Program-made: the position numbers and the translations under genes
Source of the DNA: Sarea resinae
Taxonomy: Eukaryota
DNA length: 64,000 nt
Direction: 5' to 3'
Assembly (NCBI GenBank): GCA_026026165.1
Contig: JAPEUD010000049.1
Location: 1-64,000, forward strand
The notes under the pieces: model-generated
Told to the model about the DNA's origin: nothing
The model's input: the letters and a program-made list of their open reading frames with translations, nothing else
Databases searched by the model: none
Shown: positions 22,853-36,279 of the stretch, piece by piece
How positions within the stretch are numbered: the first letter of the stretch is position 1
Layout of the letters: each line of letters starts with the position of its first letter

Positions 22853-25720
22853 TTAAAGTCTCCCAACTTTCCTCCCAAACGGACTGGAATAATCCCCACC
22901 ATCATCCTCGCTGCTACTGCCACCGGTCCCAAGGTCCCAACGCCTCGTCGTCAATTTTCGCATCTTCTTCGCACCGGTCCCCGTCGTTCTCGGAGTCTTG
23001 ATCTTGGAATGCCTGGTTTTCTTGGTGCTAGAGGGTGGCGCCTTGAGTTCCATCTTAGGCGGCCCGACGAGATGGTGCTCTTTATGCTCGGGTGAGTGTG
23101 ATGGAGAAGGAGAATGGGGAAAGGGAGAGCGAGGACTGCTCATGTTGCTGCTGTTCAGATCCATCTCCCTCAGCCCGCGCGCGAGTCGGTTTTCCATCGC
23201 CAGAGTCAAATCCCCTTGCTCGCTACCGTCAAAGTCCGCATCCTGGTCTTCAAAAGTAGCCGAACTACTCAAGAACCGATTCTTTACTGGCGTTTTCAAT
23301 TCTCGAGTCTTTTTGGCGACCGTCTTCTTAGTCGGTGACCGGGAGTGTAATTCGCGTTCGAGCGCACTGAGTCTACGGACGAGTTCTTCATTTTCGTGCT
23401 CGAGTTCCTGGATACGCTGATCGGCGTTTATTTCGGGATCTTCGTGGACTTTTTGGATGTACGTTAGTATATTAGATCTTCGTCATATATTCTGGCTGAG
23501 GGAAAATAAAGGGCTTACTTTGAATGGTTTGGGTGAGGATCTCGAGTTTCTTGTCTAGATGCTCGTCGTTGCGGTCCGCCTGCCCCAGACTTTAGCTGAT
23601 GCCTCCTTTGCACCTTTCGAACAGGACTTACCTCCGCATTCCATGCACCCTTCCACCGCACTCTCTCCTCTTCAATTCGTCTCTCCATCTCCGCCACACA
23701 TTCATCCCTCACTTCTTGCTCCATGGCCACACAATTATCTTCAGCAGCTTTCCATGCAGCTTCGGCCTCCTTCCTCCTCGTCTTCTCTTCCGAAAGCCTC
23801 AAATTTAAAACGTCAACCTCTTCGTTTAGTCTCGTCATTTCCTGCGTCGCATATTCGAGCTCCTCTATTGACACCGACGACGGAGTGGTTCGTCCACTAG
23901 CTAAAGAATTCTTGCATGCAGTCGTTCCAGAGAAGATAGTGCTAGTCACGGAGGGGATGCGTGGTACCGTCACCTCTCGAGCGAGAGCAGAGTATCGTAG
24001 GATCTGCGATGTTGCGTTAAAGTCGCCAACAGGATCTGCTGTGACAATCATTATGGCTTTCTGAGGCGTGCGATGAGAGGACGTCGTATGGTGAGAAGTA
24101 GACGAGGCTGAAGGGAATGAATTGGAAAAGAGCAACTCAGTGAGCTTGCATTGCCTGAAGGGCACAACGGCGGGCTGTGACAAAATGTTAGACGAAATAG
24201 TATACTATATTGCTGGGCAGGTGCTTACTCTACTCCCATCGTGTGTGTCGGATTGCATCTGTAGACATTGACCGAGATACATCAGACTCTCATTGATTTT
24301 GCCAGCTTCCGCAAGCGTTGCACCAGCTGTTTTTGCATTCCGAGCCCGCTCAGAACCTGTCATAGGATTAGTACATAAGTTACTGTTATGTAAGAAATAT
24401 CGCTGCTGCCTACCAGCTAGATCCACAATAGTCAAGGTGCTTCCAGTCCAAGTATTCATACCGTTCGTCTTTCTCTTTTTGACTTCAACGCAGAAGAAGC
24501 CGTGACTTCTCGAGCTGACTGAATTGCTGGACGTGCCGGCCACCCTTCTCTCCATTAATCCCGTCTCCAGCACTAGGAGAGCCTCTTCTAGACTTCCACA
24601 GATGAGTTTTCGTAGTCCGGCAACAACTTTCCGATCTGGTGATAATTCTGTAGACTTGAAGAGTAGTGGCCGTCGGCGAAGGTCTTTTTGGTTCTTCGAC
24701 GAGACAGTAGACTCCTGTCCACAAAGAAGATCGAAAATTCGGTCGTTGTAGACTTCATACATTGAGATGATAACCGCATATTCTGCTCGTTCATCTACCG
24801 CCAGACCCAAGTCTGTGATATCCGGAAGTTTTGGTAAAGCCGAAAGTCTGGGGGCTAGGTGGCGTCTCGGCGCGCTCAAGAAAGACAATTCCTTTTTTAA
24901 TTCAGATTTTAGTTTTGCGACGCTTCGTGTTAAGATATTTGTTGTGGAATTGTGCAAGTGCTTTTCGCCAGGAGAGTTCCGAGTAGTAGAGGGTACAGGC
25001 CCATGGACGAAAGATGAGAGGGGGAATTATTGCCTACCATTGCTGGTGTTGCTGCCCTTGATCCACCGCGTTCAGCTGGTATCTCGCCGTAGGAACCTTC
25101 TAGAAATGCCGCTGCTGACATGAGATGCGCCTCTGAAGCGTCTGCGGCGGCGAGCGAGGATGTAACAAAATCGTTGCTGGCAGGTACCAGGCGATCGTCG
25201 AGCGACCGGAAGAGCACATCGAGAGACATTTGAGTAAGGCCACGCTGAGACTTTGAACCAAGAATTGTGTGACTCTGTATTGGATTAGCAGATATCATCA
25301 TGTCTACGAGTCTCGGTGTTAGCCAACCTTTCCCGAGCCCGTTACTCCCAGCGTAGCCAAGAGCCCGTCTCTACCTTCTCTACCATCGGGACCAAGGATT
25401 CCTTCAATCAATGGGACCACGCCAGCACCTTTGAATATGTCGAGCTGCAGGGCATTTTCATCGAAAACCTTTGTAAAAGCGAATTTCTCTACAGCTCGTT
25501 TGCGAGACTCCAGTGGCGGTCGGATGGTAATGTGTGTCGGCAGGTCATCCTCGCTATTACCGTGTTTTTCTTCTACAGTCAAGTATCGCTCCGGTAAGAT
25601 GGGAAGCTGTGGGTATAAAGACGCGGATTGCGGTATTTGGTTCGCGTACGCTGGCGGTGGGCGTAAACGCAGATAGACTTGGAACAATGAGTTCGCCGAC
25701 GGCTTTGGTGGCGGGTCCAT
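22853..25720 (-). CDS. Kinesin-6-type motor (Klp9/KIF20-like), multi-exon
   Basis: VYLRLRP, FAFTKVF, GVTGSGK|SHT P-loop, YEVYNDRIFDLL, SSRSH switch I, DLAG|SE switch II, INESLMYLGQC and VPFRQCKLTELLF, followed by a coiled-coil tail. Confidence 0.93.
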
Positions 25721-26181
25721 TGCCTGCTAACTTCGCGCGACAATGTATTCTTCTCTGATTTCCTGTGATTTGGGACCAGCGGAATGACCTTCTTCGAGAT
25801 CCAGAGGTTATTGTTGTTGTTGAAAGAATATCGGTGAAAATAATAAGATGTCGGTCACACAACACATGGACGGATTGGCTGTTGACGGTTTCGACTATTC
25901 GAGATCGGTTGCCATAGGCAACGACTGGGACCGACCGATCGCTTCACCGAGCACATGATACTGGCTACCTTACTACGAACCTACGAGTAATCAGGTCAAA
26001 ATGAATCAATGAAGTAGATAAGTCGGTTTGTTGTTGCCAAATCTATTGATACAGCGCCACGTATGATTGAAACCTCGACCTGCTTGTGCGCCCTGACGCC
26101 CTGAATGCCGTCCCACATTGAACGAATTCCGAATCCATCCATGCGCCCGCGATCCTAGCACCGGCTCCGTGGGTATGCTGC

Positions 26182-29100
26182 TCAATCATGCATAGCCTCA
26201 TCATGCTTACCATTTCCACTCCTCTGGCTTGCTTCATTCTGTGGTGGGTCTTTTGCTACCGAATTGTCGATGGCATGGCCAGAAGTTACCAAATTCGGGA
26301 ACATATGCGTGACGGTCCTCTCCTTTTCCTTTTGGTGCCTCGTGTCCTCTTCTACTTCTTCCTCCTCCTCAACCTTCTCTTCGATGGTGTCTCCACTATC
26401 GTCATTTTCATCGTTCTCGTCCTCAAGCTCGCTTAACTCGCTCTCATCATCGGCACTGTCGTGAACACTGCCTGGTCTGCTTTCGTCCACCTTCTCTTCG
26501 TCTTCTCCCTGCTCGGCGAGTACCTCAGAGTGTGCAGCGAAAGTTTCGGGGGACTTGGAAATGGTAGCCTCTGCCATCCTTGCCGATCTAATCGTGGCTG
26601 GAGGGGCCAACGGCTTCGAAGAAGCAGCTTCGGCTTTGCGCTGGAGTTCTTTCCTTCCAACACCTTTCGTCCGAGGCTTGCTACCTTGATCTGCTTGGGG
26701 TGGTGTCTGTTCCGCAGCCGAGCCATCGGTGCTCATGAGCAAGTTGTTGAGGCTCATCATGTCCTTCCGTCCTAGATTAGCTGTCTTTTCCTTGATCTGA
26801 GGTACTTCCTCTTCGTAGAGACGAGCATATGTGTCCGCGATGAGATCGTCGATGAGTGTGGATTTCATTAGACCGTTGTTCAATCTTTTCAACTCGACTA
26901 CCTCGCGAAGGGTATCTAAAGCTGGGCTTGATGTGGTGGGGAGCTTGCACCAAGCCTCAAGACGCGCAGAGCTTGCTTGAAAGTCCTCGTGATTGATGGA
27001 TTTGAAGACCGTGTCCTCGTGTCCTGTTGGAATTTCGCCAACCCGACGTAAAACCTAAAGCCTGCTTAGTTCGGAACTGCAATAAGGGTAAGATTTGCAA
27101 AGCCCCTACCTTGAGATAAACCGTACAGGCTGCCTGCCAGACTCTCGTGTGATTCATGTATTCAGACGGCTTCTTTCTAAGACGCTTGACCAGTGCTTCT
27201 AGACTCGCTCGGTCGCTGAGCTGTCCGAGTACACCAACGAAGAACGTCATATAGCGTGAGGTGTACACGAAGTGTCTGCCGGGCCGTTCATGTTCCGGCT
27301 TCCAAACTTGCAATGCCATGGTCTTGGTAAAAATCTGCTGCATGAACTCATGTTTGGCACCCATTGCTGAAGTTATTTCCTCGGGAGCTTCATCATGGAT
27401 AATGTATGCAGCCTGTCGAGTATGAGCAAAAGATTATAGAACAGGACTTCGGAATATACCCTTGCAACCATGCGATGATGCCAATTTGATTTGTCTGCGC
27501 TTCTCAACGTCTTCAAAATCTGCAAAATGTATGGTACCCAGCTGTCCATCTCCGTCGATGCTGGGAATTTACTGGCATAAGGTGTAGCTTGCAAGATCCC
27601 GCTCCCTTCTTCAGGCTAATTCAGCGTTAGGTCGTTTTGAGGCAAGAAAAAAAAAGGATGGGTTTAAGCCCTTACCGTGATATCTTTTCTCTGAACAAGC
27701 TTATTGACAATAGACACGATCTTATAATGAGGCTCAAAGATACGATCTTGTCTGCTATCTCTGCGGATTGGAAGAGTATCAATAGCCGCGAGAAAGGCAT
27801 TGATAACCTCGTACACGTCTACAGTTCGACGTGTACGAATCGTCTCATCGTCGTTTTTCTGATACATCTTCCACAGGCTTTTGCCAAGCATGTAGTGGTT
27901 CCTGCTCGTGAGTTTAGCACAACAAATATTCTCCAAGCGCAGAGCATGACACACTTACATCCAGTAGTTAGGCCTCTCTACTAGCGCACGCTTGAATAGT
28001 TCGCTCGAAAATCTCCAAGCAGAATATGTGTCAAATTCACGGAATGGCTGCTTCTTGTACATACCCTGTGGACCGCTGTAAAATTTGGTGAAGTCGTCTA
28101 GCCAGAAGGCCTCCATTGAAAAGGGCGGGCGAGAAGAGGCATAGATGCGAAACCCGAAATCTGTATAAAACTCAGATAGCTTACTGACCGTTTCAAATGA
28201 CGTATCAGCAGAGCAAATTGCTAGAGCCAGGGCCTGTGTATAGCAGTGTACGGAACTTCGTTGCAGTTCATGCAGCTCGCGCTTGTTATTATTGATCTTG
28301 TCTGCTGACCAAAGCACATCCTCCTCAAGCTTGCAGTCAAATGTCTGAGCAAGACGATACCAAGTCTCCCAATTCTGCATACCAGCCTCCAAATCAAACC
28401 GGAAGAAAGCTTTTATAAAGTCAAGCTCATCGGCCTGGCCTTGTGCAATACGCTTTTGAGACCGAACTTTGGAGAGATTCAGATATCCCAGCATGAAATA
28501 CCACCCTTTCCTTGCGACCGCACAGCTCTCCGCTGTCACTGGTACAACAGGGAGGTCGCCAATACCCTGAAGAGCGCGATACAGGTCAATAGGATTGATA
28601 GGCTCCTTTAATTTGGTATTGATGATACGTCTGTTGAGCATCATGGCTGGTATCGGCCTCGGAGCTGAAATTATCGACTGCATACTGTCTATGGCAACCT
28701 TCAGTTCAGTCTTTAACAGATCCTTGACGTTGACTCTTCTGACTTGCGACATCACAAAATCCACGATTTGAATCGCGGTTTTCTTATCTAGAGGATGAGG
28801 ATGACATCCGTGCTCCTGCAGCTCAGCTATATTTGGAAACAATTTCAGGCCGTAGTAATCGTAAAGCACCTGGGCCAGATCAGACTCCCAGTTCTCACTT
28901 TTGTTCAGCTGCAGCAACTCGTTCTTCATTAGCTTCAAGAAAATCTCATTCCCTACTTCACAGAATGAACGACTACCAACAGCGAAATGAATCGAGCGGA
29001 GGTAGTCGAGGCGATCTTCTTCTGGAGTACGAAATTCGACTGAGTTCTGAGATATACCCTCTTTCAGTAGGTGGTACTGAATTAACCAGGCATGCACCTG

Positions 29101-32100
29101 CATTTTTCGTAATTTGTCTCGAAAAGTTTTGAAAGATGGGACAGCAGGGCTTGGCGTTTGACCGACTGCAATAGAATCAGTGTAGAAGTTGAAGACATGC
29201 AATAGTCTTGACAGCTTGGCTATGGCAGCCATAGAGGACTGAAGATGTGAATAGTGGATGCACTCAAAGCTTGTTGGTTCTCGCAATGCCATTTCCAATG
29301 ACTTTTCCAATACAGTCTCAAGAGTTCGCAACCACTTGAGCAAGGTGAATTGTCTGTGCGGTATGGGGCTCTCTAGGTACGTGGGCTTGCTTAATTCATC
29401 CATAATAGCTTCGAGAGTCCGAAGATAACAAGAGAACACCTTTGGGGGATATGATATCGCTGCGTAAGCTTCTCGGAGCTTCCTCCATAGAAAAACACGC
29501 AGCGAGGCACTCCCGCTTGCGAGGAACTTTGACATCTCCTGGAGTAGGGGATCTGGAGATGTATGAGCTGAACTGGCGACTCCTTCCGCAAGGGCTTCTC
29601 GACCCTCCGCGTTTTCTGGGGCTTCTCCGCCTTCTGGTGATGATTCCCCACTGCAGCCGCCAATGCTTGATGAATCGAGCACGGGCTCCAAGCTCTCAAT
29701 GACAGCAATTGGATCGCTTTCTCCTGTGCTAAATAGACCAAGGAAAAAGTCCATTGTTGTCAACCTTGAGATCTCGCGATCTGCTGCAGCAATTGATATT
29801 TCAGGCATCACCGCATTGTTTTGGAGCTCAATAAGGGGATCCCCGGCCATCCTAAGAAGACGCTTGAGATCTTCTAAGCATAACAGTATGTGCTCACGGG
29901 AAACACTCTTCGATAGGCCGGCATAACATGTTGAGGCCCACAGGTAGCGCAAAGATAGGAAATCTTCCGCAAAAGATTCATCGGGATCAACTTCTCGTAG
30001 ACTGATGAAATCACTAGCAAGCGCTGCCCACCGTCGTAGGCGCTGCTCTTGCAGCGCACGACTATCTTGGTCGACTTCGCTACTAGGATTCGTTATACTT
30101 GAGAAGATATCGAGATGAAGCTCAAATATTGTTTGAACCATTTCAATATCGGCAATATCGGATAGGGAAAGTTGGTATTTGTCGCCGTTGGCCTGTGCAC
30201 CGAATACCCTCTCGTTCAATTCGTTCAAAGCGATCTCTTGGGTCTTGTAGATGTATTCATCTAAGCCGATAAGAGCTTGTACTACGGTCTCTTTCAGACT
30301 GTGCGGCCAAAGGTGTTGCAGGTAAGTCGAGGACCCAATACCTTCCAGATGCGCCGTCTCCTTGACACCAATAAGAGATTGAAGCCATAGGAATCCGATT
30401 TCTTTCAAAGAGAGCCAATCGTTGTTCACCGTCAACACGAAATCAAGTAATCCATCTTCTCCAGATAAACAAGGCTTGCTGATTATCTCTCGACTCGAGG
30501 TTTTGGCATGCTCCAGAAACGCAGTCATTCCCGGGTTTCCCGAGCTGCTCAAAGAATCTTCAACGCTGGTACCTTGGAGGAAGGCCTTCACTTTCTCATC
30601 ATCCAAGGTTCGCAAAATCTGATAGAAGTCGGAAACAGAATCACCCGGCTTAGTGTTAGACGTCTGCAACCCATCGTGGCCTTCATCCACGAGCGATCTC
30701 AGATCTTGCACATTTCCTAACGATTCAACTCCTACCCTAGCAAGAAGCCCAGAAATGGTCTCAAACATCCAATGATCTGCTTGTGTGAATCGCTGCAGTT
30801 TCTCTTCATATTGCTTTGCAAGATTGATAGCTTGAAGTTCTTCGGATGGCCCACCTTCGGCAAGACTTTCACGAGCTCGCAGCCTCTTGCTTCGAACACG
30901 GCCTCCGTCCATGGATTCATTTATCCCAGCGGTGTCAGAGGACCTCTTTCTCATTGGCAGGACAGGACTAGTGACTTCTGAGGTCGCCTTGTTTGCTATC
31001 GAGATGTCACCATCCTTCACAGCAGAGCTAGGGATTCTGTCCGCTGACGGCTTAGAACGTGTCTCCGCAGGATCCACAACCTTTGGTGTGGACTTAGATG
31101 CGGAACCGTTTCCATGAGCGAGTAACGTCTGTGATTCTGGTGTTGGCGTTTGATTTCCAGAGCGGGGCTGCTTGTTTATGCTTGAACCCGCCCCTGGAGT
31201 CATCTCGCTGGTCTCGCCACCGGGTAGGCTGATCGAAAGACTAGCACCCGAACCCGGATCAATGGCGCCACAATACTCACCACCGAGCTGGTGAATAATG
31301 GCTTTACCTACGGCTGCCCAAGTTCTGGCAATAGGTTTGATTGTATGCCGCCTCGGCTGTCGGCCCAATGGGGTCTGTGCAGAACTATCTCGAGCGATTT
31401 GCGAAGATAAGAGGGACAAAAACGGGTATGGATCCATATGTCGTTTGAGTATCATGGAAAGCTTCTTCTTTTTCAAAGTCGACATCGGTGGTTGACCTAG
31501 CGAAAGCTCATCGGAGATATCTTTCAAAAGCTGATCCTGGTCAACACTGGCGCATGATTCAGCAGATCATGTGTAACGTACATCTCTCAGTTCCTCTCCG
31601 GCAAATCCTTCCTCCAGTCCCAAAGGCTCGAGCGTACCATCAAAGTCTCCGTCGTCCCCTTCCAGAACGGCTTCCAGACAGAATCTTGCGATCCGTCTGC
31701 TGCCTAAGAGACCACCGACTCTCGAGACCCGGCGCCAGAGTTCAACGTCAGTGTCATCTTTGTCAAGAGCTTCGGAAAAGCGATCCAATATGGTCTCAGT
31801 GGAAGTCTCGATTTCTTTTCGCGGTATGACCAACTCTTCGCCTTTCTCAGTAGCTTCCAGCTGCATGTAAGATAGGTTTAGCTTTAGGCAATCCAGCAGG
31901 AACTGGCCTTCGTTCTTATATGCTAGATAAAGGATTTGGGGTAGAGTGCTTGGCGTTCCGTCCGCGTTGGTAATGAGCACAGGTGTTTCGGGGCCTTGAA
32001 TTGAGGAAGATATTACGGCGTCATTGTCCGCTAGATGCCCATAGATTTTCAAACGGCGCGCCTCCGAGAGAGACTCGGGATATTTAAATATCTCGGACTC

Positions 32101-32400
32101 GAAAAGTGAGGTGTAGGCGTCCGCGGCTTGGTCATAATACTCGGGTCCTTGAGAGTGGAATTTGAGCGCATTTTGGTACAGCTTCAGCGCCTCCTCAATC
32201 TGATATCGTCTGGATTAGGACAACTATGTGTAGGTCTACATAGGCGGGACAACATACCTGAATCTCCTTTGTATCGTCGACCTCATCATCAGTATCCTCG
32301 TCGGGCTCAATGTTCAAAGCCGTGAAAGCAGACTAGTGATGCGACAACGCAGTCAGCAATGCGTTCAGCAGACCAGATCATGCGAATATAGACTGACCAT
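26182..32400 (-). CDS. HIR3: Histone transcription regulator 3 (HIR complex, Cabin1-like), multi-exon; the first coding exon is the ATG only
   Basis: M|SAFTALNIEPD...DDTKEIQ|IEEALKLYQNALK N-terminus, RRIARFCLEAVL, WETWYRLAQ, DKSNWHHRM and WKPEHERPGRHFVYT. Confidence 0.93.
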
Positions 32401-33179
32401 AATGGGAGATGGCAGGCTCCAGATGGATATGGACAGTGATCAATAGACATCAAAGGACTGTGCTAGATTGCCTTGTCGGATGGGGAAGAGCAGAGTAGAG
32501 GTAGAGTAGGTAGCAGATGGGAAGTAAACTTCCTCTGGTGAGATTTGGTGAATCAGAGCATGTCCATCGACACGTCCTGTCTCGGCGATTCACCGTCTCC
32601 ACACGCTGACTTCAAGTCTTTGTTTGTGCTGTGGTGAAGCCGAATGCAGTTGATGCGTGACGGATGGAATGATTGATCGATACCATATTGATATCAGATT
32701 GAGAGAGCTATCTAAGGTAAGGTACCTGACCTTATGGGAGCTCCGCGTTTCGCGTGCTACGGTACATGGTAGGTCACTGTGCTTGGTACTGTCCACGGGT
32801 ATTCACTGTATTTGCTGTACGAGTATTCATCCTGGTACTCGTACACGAACGACAGCACTACGCAGTAGGACTCAACAGGGGCAGGGGACAAGGACTGCGA
32901 CTTACGATTACGACTGCGGATACATTATAATTCGATGGTCAACCATCAACTGTCAACTGTCAACTTGAAGCTTTCGCAACGTGTGCAACTCGATTGTAAT
33001 ATCCGGCCATATTCATCTTCCTAAAACCAAGACCTTACTCGTCTCAACTGCAGCAGGATCGTTGCCAAAATCTGCTCCAGTTCGCCCACAATTGGCAACT
33101 GCTTCAAGCCTTCGTACCATTGGAGACACCTCTCCATCTTGGACGACGTGCTCACAGAGCCCGGGCCTCACTGTGCGCA

Positions 33180-35752
33180 ATGGTCGCCCCAGCGGTGCCC
33201 GAGTATGTGTTCTTCCCACTTCGCCTTCATGAGCCATGTCTGCATCCTGGATGCGGTGGCAAGATGTCGACCAGACCCCTCCATGCCCTCGTGGGGACTG
33301 CAGCTGTCTTACCCCTCGCAATTGGGATACCAGAATAGTCTACGGAATTGACTGACGGGCCCTTTCGTACAGGATCTTCGAAGATGAAAGTCATAGCGTT
33401 GTCGAAGCTAGAACAGAGTCACTTCCGACGCTCCGCGAACTTGGACCTCCCGACCTAGTACATCTGGTGAAACAATCAACGAAGTCGCATAACAAGGTAT
33501 GCTTTCTCAAATGTCTTGCCTCTGTGTATACAGGGGCGAGCCACCGATGCATCTCCCTCTGCAAGTCCAGACGATGGGTCAAGAAGATCTAGCTAACATC
33601 CCCTGCATGAAAGCAGACTGGTGTCTACCATCATGTTACTGGCATTGATGCCTCCTCCTCAGCGAGCTTAGCAGCTTATGTCAACACTCTGACCTATACC
33701 CCTTCCGATAAATCGCACAAGGTCGTCTCTGGCCTCTACTGGTACAATTCGACCTTTCAGCCCTTATATATGCCTTGGCCCTAACATTTCCCTAGCTGCT
33801 ACAATGCATTCTCGAGATTGGACATGCGAGTACAAGTTGAGATACCTGGCACCGTCAAGAGCTATTGCATAGATGAGAGAGGAGAGCAAAGGGTTGCTAC
33901 CGACGACCTATGGCTGGAGACATACCTCTGCGGTGTGCTTCGAGCATACTCTTATGCGGATGACGGAAATGGTGAGACTATTAAAAAGATCATGGGCACT
34001 AGAAGATTCAATCCTATCACGAGTACGGAGGCGGAGCACAAGTTCTTGGATGCGGCGGAGCGATTGTTCTTCAAGGGTATGTTGGTCAAACAAATGTCGA
34101 GGACTTGGACTGTTCACTAATCAATATATCTGAAAGGCTGGCAATTGGGTTCAGACCCAGAGATTCAGGTTCCAAACCTTGTTTCGAATCATTTGACTAC
34201 TGGGCTGCTGAGTTATATCAATACGACTGGCCGCTATACGTCTGGAATCAATCTTTTCGAGAAACTTCGGACCAGGGATATCGAGATTAGCTCTCTTCTT
34301 GCTCGAGTCCTCCTTGCTGCAGATGAGGAGGTTCGCGCAATTGCTCTGTTATATGAAGCCGTCCAAGATTTGCCTATGGACTATTCTCTCCTCGATTGTC
34401 AAGCAGCATTCTGCAAAAGTAAGGGTAGGGGGGATCTAGCCTTAGAGTGCGCAAAGCGAGGTGTGATTGCTGCGCCAAGCGAGTTTGGGACATGGGCCCG
34501 CCTGACTGAGATATATGTGAGCATGGAGCAGTGGGATCTCGCGCTCCTAACCCTGAATTCTTGCCCTATGTTCACCTACCAAGATAAGGATGCACCACGC
34601 ATGCCGGAGCCCTCTCGCACGCTCTTCCCCGTTCTTCCGGAAACCATGTTGGATGAACTCGACGACACTCATACCGATATGGAGCTTGTCCATCCAACGT
34701 TGCGGAAACTCGCTGGAGCCGGCTTCAAAGGAACGTTTCATAAGGCATATAGCCTTTTGACGGAGATTACGTCGAAGATAGGATGGGACCAATTACTCAA
34801 GATCCGAAGCCAAGTGTTTGTGATGGAGGAAGAGTACAGGAGCGAGAAACAAGGAGGACAAGGCCAGCAGCGGCGTCGCAGTGCTAGCACAACGGCGCTA
34901 AGAGGTACCCCAAGTCCAAGAATCAATGGAGATGGCGCACATCTCGAGAGCCATGAGGACCAAGACGGCGAAGGATCATCTGTAGCCGGAACGACGGAGG
35001 TAGAGACAGATGGAGAAGCGGAGACAGGTGAAATGGCCGCGGACCGATCTATTGAAAAGCCCGGACATACAATCGCCTCGGAAGTGGTCAAGTCCGGCAG
35101 CGAGGATGTGAGTTTTCCTTCCTTCCATACACGCATATTCTAATTCCAGAATAGCCCGATCCGTCGCACGGGAACTACACCCAGTTTCAGAATAAGCGGC
35201 TGTGCGAGCGCTGGCTCGACAATCTCTTCATGATATTGTATGAGGATCTGCGAATTTACACGATCTGGCGCACCGAGATGGCCCAATATCGACAACAACA
35301 ATTACAGTACAAGAAGTCACCAGAAGAGTGGGAGATTCTTGGCGAACTTGCTGAACGATTGCATCATTTCGACGAAGCTATAGAAGCATATCAAGCCTGC
35401 TTGAGTATCCGATTTTCACCGAAGGCCATGAAGGGCGTATTGAAGATGTTTGCGAAGCTTGGAGACACAAGACAAATGCTGGGCGCGCAAATCAGACTTA
35501 TTGCCTGGCAATATCGATGGTATTCTGAGGTAAGTCTTTCCATCTCATTTTTACACACCGGCGCCCTTTTACTAATTCACATAGTTCTCCCCCGACTTAC
35601 TCTACACCATTCGCAAACTCATCGAGGACGAGGGCGCAGTCAAGGTCCGCAGCATCATCCAAGCGACGAACCTCCCACAACCTATATTAGACCTTACGCA
35701 CCACTATGCCGCCTTATGTGCGGCTTTTAGGAGTAGTGGCAGCGATGGCTAG
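33180..35752 (+). CDS. ChAPs-family exomer subunit (Bud7/Bch1-like), multi-exon
   Basis: LRELGPPDLVHL, GIDASSSASLAAY, CCYNAFSRLDMRV, LALLTLNSCPMF, GWDQLLKIRSQVFVMEEEY and KRLCERWLDNLFMILYEDLR. Confidence 0.93.
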
Positions 35753-36279
35753 CTAATCCTAGAGCTATGTCGTAGAAGCGTGAACCACAATGAGCCATCG
35801 AAGCAACTTTGGCCTACCAGACTGAACTCTCATGAGGGCAATGACAGGCAACGATGGGCACCGGAGAAGGCAGCGGTCGTGCTAGGGCCGAGAATGGGCA
35901 ATGATATTTCCTTTCGACGTTTGACTCTCAACTGCTCTATTATTTCTCGATTATTCGCTGGCTTGCGATGCGATACCTTGCCTCGTTGTACGATAGGCAT
36001 CCAGAGGGATTTTGTACGGTAGTCAGTCGACCGCTACACCTCATCTCATATGTAACAGTAAGACACGAAAGATGCAAAATGACTGAAAAGATTATCTTTG
36101 ATGCTTCCCACTCGGACCATTCATAAATGATGTGCTGTTGTCCGGACAGTCGCCAGAGCCGGGACTCCGGAGGATGTGGCCTGATCGTATCATCTTCATA
36201 CACCACACAGCCGATGCGGGGAGTCTGAACGGAGCTTTGTAGAAGCCTTGGGGACGCAGATGCAGACGCAGATGCAGAA

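Noticed and set aside
35750..36022. Stop-codon readthrough of the ChAPs gene (TAG CTA followed by an open frame)
   Set aside because: The strong readthrough context is TGA CTA, and the extension has no targeting signal or recognisable motif.
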